Below are positions 27,961-40,675 of a stretch of DNA of 64,000 bases, piece after piece. Under the pieces are notes generated by a model that did not search any database, was not told where the DNA came from, and was given only the letters and a program-made list of their open reading frames with translations. Numbering within the stretch: position 1 is the first letter of the stretch; every line of letters begins with the position of its first letter. The stretch covers positions 2,914,001 through 2,978,000 of the forward strand of contig NC_043015.1 of the NCBI RefSeq assembly GCF_006345805.1, written 5' to 3'. Position numbers and translations under genes: made by a program. Origin of the DNA: Octopus sinensis. Taxonomy: Eukaryota.

Positions 27961-28361
27961 ACTCTTCACTTGTTTCAGTCATTTGACTGCGGCCATGCTG
28001 GAGCACAGCCTTTAGTCGAGAAAATCGACCCCGGGACTTATTCTTTGTAAGCCCAGTACTTATTTTATCGGTCTCTTTTGCCGAACCGCTAAGTGACGGG
28101 GACGTAAACACACTAGCATCGGTTGTCAAGCAATGCTAGGGGGACAAACACAGACACACAGACATATACACACACTTATATATATATATACATATATACG
28201 ACAGGCTTCTTTCAGTTTCCGTCTACCAAATCCACTCACAAGGCATTGGTCGGCCCGGGACTATAGCAAAAGACACTTGCCCAAGATGCCACGCAGTGGG
28301 ACTGAACCTGGAACCATGTGGTTGGTTAGCAAGCTACTTACCACACAGCCACTCCTGCGCC
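27961..28361 (-). mobile_element. Full-length SINE family A
   Basis: Highly similar to 3827-4237 over head, body and tail. Confidence 0.92.
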
Positions 28362-28830
28362 TATATATAACAACCGATACTCTTCGGCTTTCAAGGTATA
28401 TCATATATGTAGAGAACTGTGTTCTGTCATCCATCGGGTAAATATATGTTATGAAATCGAGGATTCTATGGATAAAATGTTTTGAGTAATAATATTTAAG
28501 CTTCACAAGGAATATAAAATGATGTAAAAGAAGATAAAGATGCGTATGAGGAAATTTACCATTGCTCAATATAAATGAGTAATAAATATTTAATCAACAG
28601 AATGATTTCAAATAACTGTCTATAAAGGATAATCTAATCAAAACTTGAATTGCAAATAGTTTCCTTCTAACTTAACGAACAATTCCACATCATAAAACGG
28701 AGAGTAGATAAACGAAAAACTTTAAATAGTTAAATCGAAGGATATTCAAGTGAAGACCCGGGTTTGAAATTACAATAGTCACTAATCGATGCAGTAAAAC
28801 CATGTATAAGTCTATTTGGGAATGTATATA

Positions 28831-29347
28831 CAGGGTGGGGCAAAGAAGGCGGACGTTTTTGAAATGGTTATTACTCAGCCCCAAGAGAGAGACATATGTT
28901 CGAAAGTTACCATTCGTTCTGTGGTGTTTTAGCATTTTTACTTCTTTGCAAGAGAAACTATGGCGCTGTGGACGATAGAGCATCACATGTTTGCCTACGG
29001 CAGTTACCTGAAAAAATGGCGAGTGTGTTACTGCAGTTCAGCTTGAGTTTCGGCGCCGCTTCAACATTCACTAAAATCAGTCTGTTCCCAGCCGCATCGC
29101 AATCTTACATGCACGATATACACTAATGAGACCGGTGGAGACCGGAGGAAATGTGGAACGCGTCAGACAAGCTCCCAGAAATCCAGCAATGAAAAGGAAC
29201 ACCGCATGCTGCATGTGGTTTTCCACACTTGATTTTGATAAATGCTAGTTTAATACAAATACATTAATAACAATAAAATTTCTGTGCAGCTAAAACTAAT
29301 AATTTTGCAAATTTTCCGAAAACGTCTGTCACCTCTGTACCGCCTTG
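28831..29347 (+). mobile_element. Internally deleted Tc1/mariner-superfamily element
   Basis: TA|CAGGGTGGGGCAAAGAAGGCGGACGTTTT ... AAAACGTCTGTCACCTCTGTACCGCCTTG|TA (decayed TIRs). Internal frameshifted peptide MALWTIEHHMFAYGSYLK/NGECVTAVQLEFRRRFNIH resembles the N-terminal HTH (DUF4817-like) of Tc1-type transposases. Confidence 0.7.
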
Positions 29348-29389
29348 TATTAAAAATCATTAAAGGTATACCACTTAGAAATAATTTTC

Positions 29390-30285
29390 ATTATTATCAT
29401 TATTATTATTTTATTTTTTCTCAAACGTTTTCTTTGAACACCTGAAATCTTGTATGCGTTACACGGTACCAAGCTATCCTTTCTTTTCATATAATACTTC
29501 CCTGATTATTGTGGCCGTGTCAAGGTGGCAAAACTTTTGTAACAGTTCTACTGCGCACTTTGTTCCAATTTCCTTTATATACTTTTTGATGTCTTCTGAG
29601 ACTGTCCCCAATCACCAATAATTGGCACTATTTTCAACATCTTCATTTTCCATAGCCGGCCTATTTCATACTGCAGAGGGTTGCATTTATCTATTTTCGC
29701 CTTCTTTCTTTCCTAATTGTGGGCCAAATTGTCATGCAACTATATTCCATGTGGTTCTAGTCTGTAATACTCTAGCACCTGATCTGTTGGGATTGGGATA
29801 TCCTGGATGAATTTGCTAGTTCCCGACTCAGCCAATATCTGTGATTTGTGCTCATATCACGTCTTCCCTTTGTCTAGCCTACACTTTTCTGAGTCTCCAA
29901 TGTAACATTTTCGCTACCTGATATTTTCGCTAAAACTTATAGTAGTTGTTTTCGGCAACTATAGGGCTGTTTGTTCCTGATATACGCAATGGTTTCATTC
30001 ATTATATTACAAATGCCTCAGAAAGGAGGCCCATCCTCATTCCTAAATTTGCCTCCCCCTACCAGTTGGTGGTTAAAGCTCGGTTTCAACTGCTAGTATA
30101 ATGCTCTCGCCGTCTCTTTGTTTTAGTGTCCCTTTCTTCAGCGAATCCCGCCTATAATTTTCAGCAACTTCTGTTGTGGCTACCTGGAATTGATTGTGTA
30201 CGTCTTTCTTGAGTAATTCATCTTTATGTCCTTTTTGTACTTCGTCCTTTGTTCGACAGTTATTTCTCTCCTTACTCCCGCATTC
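29390..30285 (-). mobile_element. R4/Dong-clade LINE 3' remnant with (TAA)n tail
   Basis: Minus-strand decayed peptides KKDVHNQFQ..., KKGTLK.../ESIILA..., and LWKMKMLKIVPIIG. The 3' end runs into a (TTA)n-like tract at ~29390-29412. Confidence 0.72.
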
Positions 30286-30301
30286 CTATATATATATATA
30301 T

Positions 30302-30705
30302 AGCATTAATAAATCTCCGAACGAGATGTAAACAGTAACTGCTCGACAACTTAAAGTGTACTAGCCATCTGAATGTGGCTAACCACTGGGGGTTGGTGTT
30401 ACTGACGCTTTTAGCCCCAGGAGATCGTCGTCTCCAGCTGGCTTTACACACAATTTCAGTGCCCTTCTGATATTTGCAAAGAGCGGTCATCCCCTCTCGG
30501 AAACCTAAGTGATACATACGGACTATAGTTTCGAGGTTTTTGCCTCTCGTCAACGTATGGTAAACACCGGTTTTCGATAAAGGAGACCTGTTTGCAAAAT
30601 CTATTTAATGTCTAAACTCTCTGAAAGCATTAATAAATCTCCGAACGAGATGTAAACAGTAACCGCTCGACAACGTAAAGTGTACTAGCCATCTGAATGT
30701 GGCTA
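30302..30705 (-). mobile_element. Retrozyme-like / Penelope-pLTR-like element: 324-nt unit plus 80-nt terminal redundancy, inserted in (TA)n
   Basis: 30302-30381 and 30626-30705 are direct repeats with 2 mismatches in 80. One hammerhead lies inside, there is no credible ORF, and (TA)n flanks both sides. Confidence 0.8.
30515..30559 (-). ncRNA. Type I minimal hammerhead ribozyme
   Basis: Minus strand reads CATACG-TTGACGA-GAGG-caaaaa-CCTC-GAAA-CTATAG-TC-CGTATG. Helix I is 6 bp, helix II is 4 bp, helix III is the palindrome ACTATAGT, and the triplet is GUC (predicted cut between 30521 and 30520). The only core deviation is C3U. Confidence 0.85.
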
Positions 30706-30707
30706 CG

Positions 30708-30754
<47 letters not shown>

Positions 30755-31599
30755 CATCCATCCATCCATTCATACATACATGCATACATACATACATACA
30801 TATAAACGAGTGGAAAATTACCTCGAAAATAATTGAAACTGAGAGAAACTAAAATAATTTAAAACTTTCCTCAAAGGAATTAATTAAAAGATCGAATTCA
30901 ACATGGAATATTGTCATACGCATCCTTAGAAAGAAACTCAATAATCAAGAGGATATGACGTTTTTAGAAACACATACGATTTCCAAACATGTTCCATTCA
31001 ATTCATGCCATCCGAGACACATTACAAAGTAAGTCGCTTATAAACTAATCATACCCTTTTGTACCTGCAAGAACTGTGATACAATTCTTGAGAGGAATTA
31101 CGTATCATCCTTAATAAACCACACAATTTAATGTCCCCAGAAATTCACTATACAGCAACTTACCCCACAAAACCAAATAAATTATCAAAATTAGAAGGCA
31201 TGAAATATATCTGCACCTATATATTTGTGTGTGTGTGTGTGTTTTATATGAAATGTCTGTGTGTGTGTTCGTGTACAGTTTTTTTTTTGCAACCGCGTGT
31301 AGTATATTTCAAGGGTACAACATGCCCAGCACACTGTTTTATAAAAAGTGTGTGTAGTTTATATGTAACATAAACGCGGTAACATAATACCGCAAATTTT
31401 CGTGTTGCTCAGATTTTAGTAGCGAAAGATGGCAGAACATGTTTAGCGCCTCATAAAAAGATTTCCAAAATGTAAATCGTTGTACAACAACACCTTTCCT
31501 ATAGAACAGTTTTACTCGTCATATTTCTTGTCTGAAAAATGAATTTCTGCCATTTTGATATAGATTTACATTCCCATTGAGGAATTATTAGATATGTAT

Positions 31600-32300
31600 C
31601 CATGTACAAGTAATTTCCAGTCACCTTCACCTCCTTTCAACATATCCATGTGCACGAAGACATAGTTTCTCTACATTAAAAACAGAAAATGCATTGAACA
31701 TGTATCGGTGCACTTGCCACAGGTAACGTTGCATGATGTGTTGCAAAACGTTATTCTGTTCACGTATTGTCATTGTGAATACATCTTTATTTGTGATTCT
31801 TCTTCATTGTCCAACGCCCGAAGTTTTCGTTTTTACATTTTGATATTGTGTGTGATTCACAGTTTGCCCAGAAAATTATGAAAGGCGGCAACATTTTCTT
31901 CCAATGAAATTCGCTGTAAATTTCTTTCCAGAGGAAAATTTGTGGTGATGGAAAAGCGACATGACAACATCACATGAACGGATGTTTCATGTACGGATAA
32001 TAATGATGTAACTTGTCACTCGATCAAATAAAAATGTACGTATCTTGAATGTGAATGCACCAAAATAACCACAGGAATATATCGGATTTCTTCCCGTCAG
32101 AATGCATGTCAACTTGAAAGATGCATATTTTTCAATAGCTTCTAATACTTAAATGCACTTATTGTCCTTCGTGTTGCTCTATAGTCCACTTGCACTGAAG
32201 GTTCACGTATGGTGATCCGTTTTCCACATGAACCTGTTCCCTACACACTTTTGTTGAAATTCAGTGGTTGCAGTTGATGATGTATTACAGATTTCATTGT
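31600..32300 (-). mobile_element. Possible highly decayed Mutator-like transposase remnant
   Basis: Minus-strand fragments GTGSCGKRITIREPSVQVDY and CNTSCNVTCGKCTDTCSMH loosely resemble the N-terminal and Cys-rich/SWIM regions of invertebrate MULE transposases. Many stops. Confidence 0.3.
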
Positions 32301-33204
32301 CGTCAATGATGAATTATGTTTCTTTAAAACCCTTCATGCTTTTCTCTTTATGTGTGAGTGTGTATGTATGTTTGTGCGGAAGTGTGTACGTTCATCTTAT
32401 TAGATAGAGTATAGCTTATCAATAAACTGTTTCTCATAAATACTGATTTCATTTCATAAACTACCATTGATTCAATATTACATCGTATAATAGCGGATGT
32501 TTGTTTTGTTTTTGCTACGCACCAAAAAACGTATTATTGTAATCACATCGTGTACAATTACAGTACTTCATATGATAAGACATCGGGCACATTTTTAGTG
32601 TTTTTGTAGTAAATAATGCAGCATTTCACGGCGAAATTTTAATGTACAGAAGTGTCAGTTTACATTATTTTGAACAGCAATAGCCCGTGTAGAATTAATG
32701 TAGTCAGGTAATCCTCATTCAAACAATGTCACAAAGTGTTAAAAGTCTTAGTATTTGTTAGCATTCTTAGCATTTGTTACATTGAAAAGACTATCTATAC
32801 GGACATATTTCATTGCAGATTAAAGTAGACTTGGAAACATGGGAATGGTCATGGAACCTACTTACCTCCTCATCCTTTCTAAATCTAAATATTTACAGAC
32901 ATCAAAATATATCTACATGTTTACGACATATCCTCAAAGAAGAATTGTAGTGCAAGTTCGTAAAGCACATAAGATTAATACCAGACTGTGTTAGGAATAT
33001 TCACATACTCTACAAATGAAGTTAAAGAACAAGAGGAGAGTCGATAAAAATGATTTATAAAGGTTTAGACGCAGAATTTAGTATGAGTTACTGCTGCTGA
33101 AAAGACGTGAATTGGAAGAGGAATGGGAGTGCGAGATCATCTGAACTATGGAAACTGATGAAATATCACATTCAGAAGTTCATAGGTAACTCGTTAAAAT
33201 ATAA

Positions 33205-33385
33205 TGGTTCCAAATTCTGGCACCAGGCCAATAATTCGAGTGAGTAGATAAGTTGTTTACAGCAACCCCTATACTCAATTACTAGGTATTTCATTGACCC
33301 CACGGGGACGAAAGTCAACTTCACTCTCTGCGAAATTCGAACTCAAAAGACAAAGACGTAAGGAATGTCCTGCTACCGATTTTGC
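33205..33385 (-). mobile_element. Decayed Nin/Deu-domain-type SINE (family C)
   Basis: GGTATTTCATTGACCCCACGGGGACGAAAGTC...GAAATTCGAACTC is the reverse complement of a B box followed by the GCCTTTCATCC..GGGGTCGAT.AA.TACC-type motif. Confidence 0.6.
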
Positions 33386-33771
33386 CTTAGCTTAGAAAAA
33401 TATAATTCCTGCAGTTTTACTGTTCATTAACTATATATTGTCCATCGGAATTTTAGGAGAGATCTTCAGATAGTACAGATGGGAAGGGAAGCATATATGA
33501 TTTCATTAAAAATGTGCTTCAGGTCTTGTTTTTATTTTGTCAGTTAATGTATGTGATATCGCAATGGGAGTTATGATATTCAAGATCTGGAACCGTTTTA
33601 CTAAAATGTATTTTGACGAGCAAAAATTGTTGATTTGATTTCATAAATGCTCCGTTGCATTTGAGGACTTTTTTGGTACCTAGGCTCCTCTCGAAAGATT
33701 TAAAAAATCTTGAACTGCGATCTAGCTTCTGATCACTTCGTGTTGTTCTTATGTTTTAAAACTAATTTGCA

Positions 33772-33985
33772 CGGTACTGAGATGGCAGAGTCCCTAGAAC
33801 GTCGGGCGGCCAAATGCTTAAAACATTTAATCTGCCTTCACGTTAAGTGTTCAAATAATATCGAGGTTGGTTTTGCTTTTTATTCTTTAGGGTCTATAGA
33901 TTAAGTACCAACCGAACACTGCGATCAATATAACCGACTTAATACTACCCCCGAATCTCCTGTCCTTATGACAAAACTTAGAGGT
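33772..33985 (+). mobile_element. Decayed Nin/Deu-domain-type SINE (family C)
   Basis: GAGATGGCAGAGT head, GTTCAAAT B box and TTTGCTTTTTATTCTTTAGGGTCTATAGATTAAGTACC motif. Confidence 0.62.
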
Positions 33986-34401
33986 ATTAGTATGTTAATA
34001 CTATTTCGAATTCAAACTCACGCGAAAAGCATATGGTCATCCTAATTACTTTTAAGGCGGTATAGGGAAGATATTCAGTTATTATCATAAAGGATGTAAC
34101 TAAACGGTAGTTCAAATGTTGACTGAATTATGATTAGACTCACAGCTTTCGTCGCAATAATAGAAAATGAAACATATTTCAGAAAGGAAAATTGCAATGT
34201 GAAATTGCAATGTGTAACTTTGTCAAAGGTTATTGAGAAGTTAAGTAAGAATAAAATAGTGGAATATCTACGCAACGAAATTTAGCCAGTGAACTACTGA
34301 CGTAATATAAAATTTGTTTTTTTTATTCATTTTCTATCTAATTCAGGTCTCTCAGCAATTATGAAATAGTGATTACAGTGAACGTATAGATAGGCATGGT
34401 G

Positions 34402-34465
<64 letters not shown>

Positions 34466-35651
34466 GACAAAATGCATTAGAAACGTATCGTGGTATTAGT
34501 TAAAGCATGTTTTATTATGTAGTTCTAGTGCCTTATATGAGGGTCCAATAGTGCAAAACAGTTTCATATACAATATTGAAAAGAAAACAACTTCACACAC
34601 ACACCCACATTTATATTTTTAAATGTGTGATTAACCCTGGTGAATTTGCAGAAATATGACATTAACCGTAATGGGTAATGTCAGTTTTCATATCTCCAAA
34701 TTAGAAAGTATAACGCTATTACAAAATTGAATTTCTACCAAAGGTATGGAAATTCACTATATTTCGACGTCCATTTCATGGTGGTGATTTAGTCACTCTA
34801 TTGTCGAAGAAATCTTCTAATTATATCAAACAACGGGAAATTCAGTTGCAAGGTTTTCCGTTAGACGCTATTCTCACGACATAATATGTACACACCAGTT
34901 AGAACATATTAATTTTTATTCTGCAAAATGTGAGGTTTTTCCTGAATTGAACAATTGTGGGGTTGTATAAGCTGTGATTTATTGTGTGTAATTCTAATAA
35001 TTTCAAACAAATTTATGTAATTTTCAGAAGTCTCGAAAATAAACGTATTATAAATATGATGTGTATGCATTTGTTTGTCATTATTTTCCTGATATGTTTC
35101 TTATAGATTTAACTATTTCTGTTACTTTACACGCAATCATTATCGTGGTTTGGAACGTCTAAATTGTATTTATTGAACATTCCTCTGCACCTGCTTAATA
35201 TTATATGTGTACGTTATTGCAAAGTAACGTAAATTGAAAATCAAATTCCCATTCAGAAGATTACGCTCTCTATTACATGAAAAAAATTGTTTAGTAAATT
35301 ACATGAGTAAAATACGAAAACGATCTTCTGAAACTGAAAACCAGAAGTGCTCATACCTCAAAAGAATAGAATAAAATTTTAATGCTAAAAGTGGGTACGT
35401 AGCAAATTCCTCTTATGTTGCAGAAGTGATATTTAATAGAATTGGTAATAGTGCCAAATTAGAGCGTATCAAACAAAGTTTAGTCGGTAATAACCTATCA
35501 CGAATTGCCTTTCTTAAACTGCACTGAAAATATAAAGATAAATTTGAATGATTCCAAATACATCGTTGTTTCGTTTTCCTATTGGCTTGATTTCAGATGA
35601 AATTCATTCCCAAACTGCTCGCCTGCAATACGTATTTTTACTATATTCCTT

Positions 35652-36035
35652 GGAGTGGCTGTGTGGTAAGTAGCCTGCTAACCAACCACATGGTTCGGGG
35701 TTCAGTCCCACTGCGTGGCATCTTGAGCAAGTGTCTTCTGCTATAGCCCCGGGCCGACCAATGCCTTGTGAGTGAATTTGGTAGACGGAAACTGAAAGAA
35801 GCCTGTCGTATATATGTATATATATATATGTGTGTGTTTGTCCCCCTAGCATTGCTTGACAACCGATGCTGGTGTGTTTACGTCCCCGTCACTTAGTGGT
35901 TAGGCAAAAGAGACCGATAGAATAAGTACTGGGCATACAAAGAATAAATCCCGGGGTCGATTTGCTCGACTAAAGGCGGTGCTCCAGCATGGCCGCAGTC
36001 AAATGACTGAAACAAGTAAAAGAGTAAAAGAGTAA
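35652..36035 (+). mobile_element. Near full-length SINE family A
   Basis: GGAGTGGCTGTGTGGTAAG...AAACAAGTAAAAGAGTAAAAGAG. The first few bases of the head are missing. Confidence 0.92.
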
Positions 36036-36436
36036 GATTTCTAAATCCTGGTACCTGGGTTCTATGAAGCATAAGACACCGAAATCTAATCATTCCCCTG
36101 AAGGAATCGTCTATACACTGGAGGGTTACAGAACCGTCACTCTGTGGAGGAGTGGTAAATTGATTTCTCCGTCGCTAATGCTTCACTGGTACACAATTTC
36201 CATGCGCTCAAACAGGTGAAGTGCGAAGTTTATATCAGCAGGATTTTTAATTAAGGACATAAAGAATAGGAATAAGCGGTTCTGAATATTGGTAACGAGG
36301 TACCGAATAAAATGTTAGCATCCATAACAAGCCGAAATGAAACTACTTGATGCTATTTTGCTATAAGCCTATAAATGATAAGGTCATCGTATTTCAATAA
36401 TGATATACAGAGTAAAATCATATATACATATATGCA

Positions 36437-36473
<37 letters not shown>

Positions 36474-36478
36474 GTATG

Positions 36479-36543
<65 letters not shown>

Positions 36544-36544
36544 T

Positions 36545-37046
36545 TGGCCTGTTAAGGCCATTCCTAAATTGTTATATATTTACATTTTAGTCTCATGACT
36601 ATTTTTCTTTTCCACTGGGCCGCTGGTAGTGATAAATTTCTATCGAATTTTTTACTACCCTAAATTGATTAATTGATTATTTTCTGACTAATTCTGAGAT
36701 TGATTCGGCAGTTTATATTTGCAGCTGATAAGATTGGCGCGATTGCGCGGGTCTTCGAAAATTTAAGACAGATATTCCGGAGGCTTCGATGCGTTAGCCT
36801 CGTGTATATTTGCCTCCACCAAAGGTTTCTTTACTGACGAAGCGTGACCTATGGTAGCTTAGCTTAATTTAATTTAATTAAGCTGGTCTATCATTAAAAA
36901 CGCAGAAACGATGCATCGTCTAAAAGATGAATTAGGGTAAACGTTTTTAATTTTTCACTTATTTCCGAATTATATTACTTTGCGGTTAGAGTTATGGCTG
37001 CTCTGTCTAGTGGACGAATGGCCTGTTAAGGCCATTCCTAAATTGT

Positions 37047-37053
<7 letters not shown>
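36545..37053 (+). mobile_element. Retrozyme-like / Penelope-pLTR-like element: 474-nt unit plus 35-nt terminal redundancy, inserted in (TA)n
   Basis: TGGCCTGTTAAGGCCATTCCTAAATTGTTATATAT occurs identically at 36545-36579 and 37019-37053. One hammerhead fold lies inside, and (TA)n flanks both sides. Confidence 0.72.
36828..36927 (+). ncRNA. Type I hammerhead ribozyme with extended helix II
   Basis: TCTTTA-CTGACGA-A-GCGT..[ATGGTAG..AGCTTAATT/AATTAAGCT..CTATCAT]..ACGC-A-GAAA-CGATGCATCG-TC-TAAAAGA. Both core boxes are intact, helix III is the palindrome ACGATGCATCGT, and the GUC cut is predicted after 36920. The base of helix II is a non-canonical A.A. Confidence 0.72.
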
Positions 37054-37088
<35 letters not shown>

Positions 37089-37095
37089 TACATGC

Positions 37096-37167
<72 letters not shown>

Positions 37168-37590
37168 TATATATATATATATGTATCCATAAATAAGGCT
37201 GCCAAATAGCACTTGCAATTGCTAGAAATAACATCTAAAGTATAAATCAAACAGACAAAAAATCCCTAGCCTCACGTTGTGGCTTTCCGCTCGCGGACCT
37301 ATTTCTGCTCGCAGTCCCATTGAACTTCTCCTGAGGGTAGTGAGTTTGTGTGATTATTCGAGTTATATTTTTAGTTCTTATTTCTAGCAATATTTTGCAC
37401 CATTATTTATGTATTCTACCTGTTTGTCTTCTTAATTCTTGTAACCACATATATTATGACGTATTTAATATATCGTTACAATATCTTAGTACGCACACAC
37501 ACACACACACACATATAATATATATATATATATATATGAATATAAATAAATATATATATATATATATACATATATTATATATAAATATAA

Positions 37591-37703
<113 letters not shown>

Positions 37704-38009
37704 ATATACTCATACGCAGATATACACGTGTTAGAGGCATTATTTAGTGTTGCATAAATCTAAACCTCCTAATAAATGTATCGTGTTTTTATATGCGTAA
37801 AACCAAAAGTGATTTCAACAGTAATGCTCTTATTAACGTTCCTTTGATCTTCGAACATTCTGCGTTTTTTTTGTTTACCTAATCATCAGATATTCCTCGT
37901 AGTGGCCTACGTTAAATATGATGAAGTATGTTTGACCATTGAATATTCTGCGTTGTTGTGTTAGAAGATTAATACCAAAATTACCAACATATCATGTTTA
38001 TTATTTTAT

Positions 38010-38480
38010 TGTCTTTGCACAGTTTCTAACGCTGGATATGTAATAGGGTGTTAGCTGTCAACTACGCCCCTTTTTCTCGAGCACTAGCAGTGCATTCCAT
38101 CAAAGTAACACTGGAATAAAATTCTGCGAAGCCCAGTATATACAACGTGACTACCCATCAGATAAGTGTTGTCTATGCATCACAACCATATGTGCACGAC
38201 ATTGTGATCTAATATCAATATATACAGCATATGACATTCGAGGTGATGCCCAAGTTGAACTTTCTTCGGGTTAAGTAACACACACCGCTCAAAAGGTCCC
38301 TGAATAAGGATTGTTTAAGGATGATGAACAAAACACCTATATTTTCAAAGGTGAATAATCCAAACCCCATAGATTTCCTATGATATTCTATAGCTACTTC
38401 TGCTCGTGATCAGAATGCACATAGAAACAAGCTCAAATAAGGGACATGATCAACTGGTCAAGGTCAAGCGACTGGTACAG
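38010..38480 (-). mobile_element. Decayed LINE fragment (RTE-like)
   Basis: Minus-strand fragment IILKQSLFRDLLSG and the surrounding composition resemble a recurrent RTE-like LINE segment. Recognised from memory only, and heavily mutated. Confidence 0.4.
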
Positions 38481-38581
38481 CCTTACTGTTGATATATCGT
38501 GCAACCAATAAAATATCCATTACAATTAAATCGCGTTCTTCAATGTTAACATTTTGGAACAATTGCTTCAATCCTTTTTGA

Positions 38582-38585
38582 AATA

Positions 38586-38671
<86 letters not shown>

Positions 38672-38692
38672 ATTATTATTATTATTATTATT
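38582..38692. repeat. Head-to-head (AAT)n(ATT)n microsatellite forming a spacer-less palindrome
   Basis: The strand switch is visible at ~38640. Confidence 0.92.
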
Positions 38693-39509
38693 TAAACCCA
38701 GAATATGCTTTTCTTCCCCCTCTTCACATAAAGCTTGACCTCATGAAACAATTCGTGAAGACAGTTGCCAGGAGAAGCTAAAAATGTTTTGAATATGTGA
38801 AAGCCAAATTTCCAAAAATCACCGAGCCAAAACTGAAGGAGGGCGTATTCATATGTTTGCAGATAAAAAGGACTTCTGAAGGACAAACACTTCCTCACAG
38901 CACTGGATGAGATTCAGCTTAAAGCCTGCGAATCCTTCAAATAGCTCTGTGAAACATTTCTTAGGCAACAAGAGGTCTCTAGAGTTTAGAAATGGAGGGA
39001 AATATTTTCGAGACTCTAATGGGCTGTCGGATGTCTCTAAATGTACATTTACTTGGTTCACATCCGGACTTGTTTGCAGAGAACTTTGGAGCAGTGTCTG
39101 ATAAGCAAGGAGAAAGCTTGCCTCAAGATATTGCATCGATGGAACAACGATATCAAAGATTTCAAATGCAGGAATCTTACCTGACTACTGTTGGAAGTTA
39201 TACGGGGATGAACCTGAGACAAAAGACCATAGAAGATCAAAATCCGAAAGATTTTAAGTTGTTATACATTTGAGTGTATTCCGACTTATTTATACATAAT
39301 AATTCTTATTTTGTACAATAAAAAGCCATCAAATTACCGTATCTTGTATTTAATATATTTTATATAGACATGCTTTACGTATCCTATACGTTAAACAATA
39401 ATTATAATTAACATGAAATTGGACTTCAGATTCGAAACAGCAGCAAAAATTAACCCAGAAATGTCAATCAGCAACTCTGATGATTAAAAAAAAAAATTGT
39501 TGACTAGCG
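38693..39509 (+). mobile_element. Chapaev3-like (CMC group) DNA transposon, 3' part, with transposase pseudogene
   Basis: Peptides NPEYAFLPPLHIKLDLMKQFVK and MSLNVHLLGSHPDLFAENFGAVSDKQGESLPQDIASMEQRYQ match the LPPLHIKLGLMK.FVK and H.L.SH.D.F..N.G.VSDE.GE...QDI..ME.RYQ motifs. Right end AAAAATTGTTGACTAGCG|TAA resembles a decayed ...TTGACCAGTG TIR. Frameshifted and 5'-truncated. Confidence 0.8.
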
Positions 39510-40143
39510 TAATTGTATTTGCACAATTCCCACTAAACCTCAGGGAGAGATTAGGGTTTGCATTATTCATGATATTATTTACTTTGTATATTCCGTCCTC
39601 AAATAGCCATGTTAATTCCTTAGCTAAGTCGGCAAATTAATTTTCATGATGAAATGTGTGGAACCCTTTTAGTTTCTTTTTAATGATAACGTTGATAAAA
39701 AATATGATAAATATCTTATTTGACTTAACACATTTTTTTCTTTTTACCAGTTGAAGAATGTGATATCTATTTGTAATAATTCAATGTAGTTTACTATTGA
39801 GATGCTAGCGCAACATCGCCTTCTCTTGGTACATTGTTCTAAATAGTATTTACAATGGTATTTGTATTAATCTAACATCGAAAAAGCAAACTTTTACGAA
39901 GTATTTGAATTATTTATTGGACGCTTACCATCTTCGGTAATGTTCAATATTATATTTTTGTAGACACACTGTATGGGTAAAATGTGCCACAAACAAATTC
40001 TTTCATACCACTTGTTAAATCATATCCAAATGTTTTGTGACAGGAAGCTTCATCCCTGATTGAGGCGTAACATTACTAATTTAGCTAGATTCGTCTATCA
40101 TGCTTGCGATCATCTTTCCTTAATAATGCATACGTCTATATAT

Positions 40144-40144
<1 letters not shown>

Positions 40145-40201
<57 letters not shown>

Positions 40202-40275
40202 CGATAATAATAATAATAATAATGATAATAAAAATAACACAAACTACAATAACAACAACACTAATATTAATAATA

Positions 40276-40334
<59 letters not shown>

Positions 40335-40591
40335 TTACTAATAATATAATAATAATAATAACCAGCGAAGAACACGTGCAACCTCTGTCACGTCTAATAT
40401 TATTATCCAACAGGACCACTTTAAAAAAATAACTCTAAAAGCCTGGAATATCTATATCTACAGTGTTCTATATTTTGAATATCCCTCAAAACAAGTTAAG
40501 GAATTTACATATCTACAACAATAATAATAATAATTATTATTATTAACATTACTTCTACTTCTGATACTTCTACTACTACAACTACTACTAC

Positions 40592-40660
<69 letters not shown>

Positions 40661-40675
40661 TATTATTATTATTAT
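40145..40675. repeat. (AAT)n tract (40145-40360) and opposite-strand (ATT/ACT)n tract (40535-40675)
   Basis: Directly visible. Confidence 0.92.
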
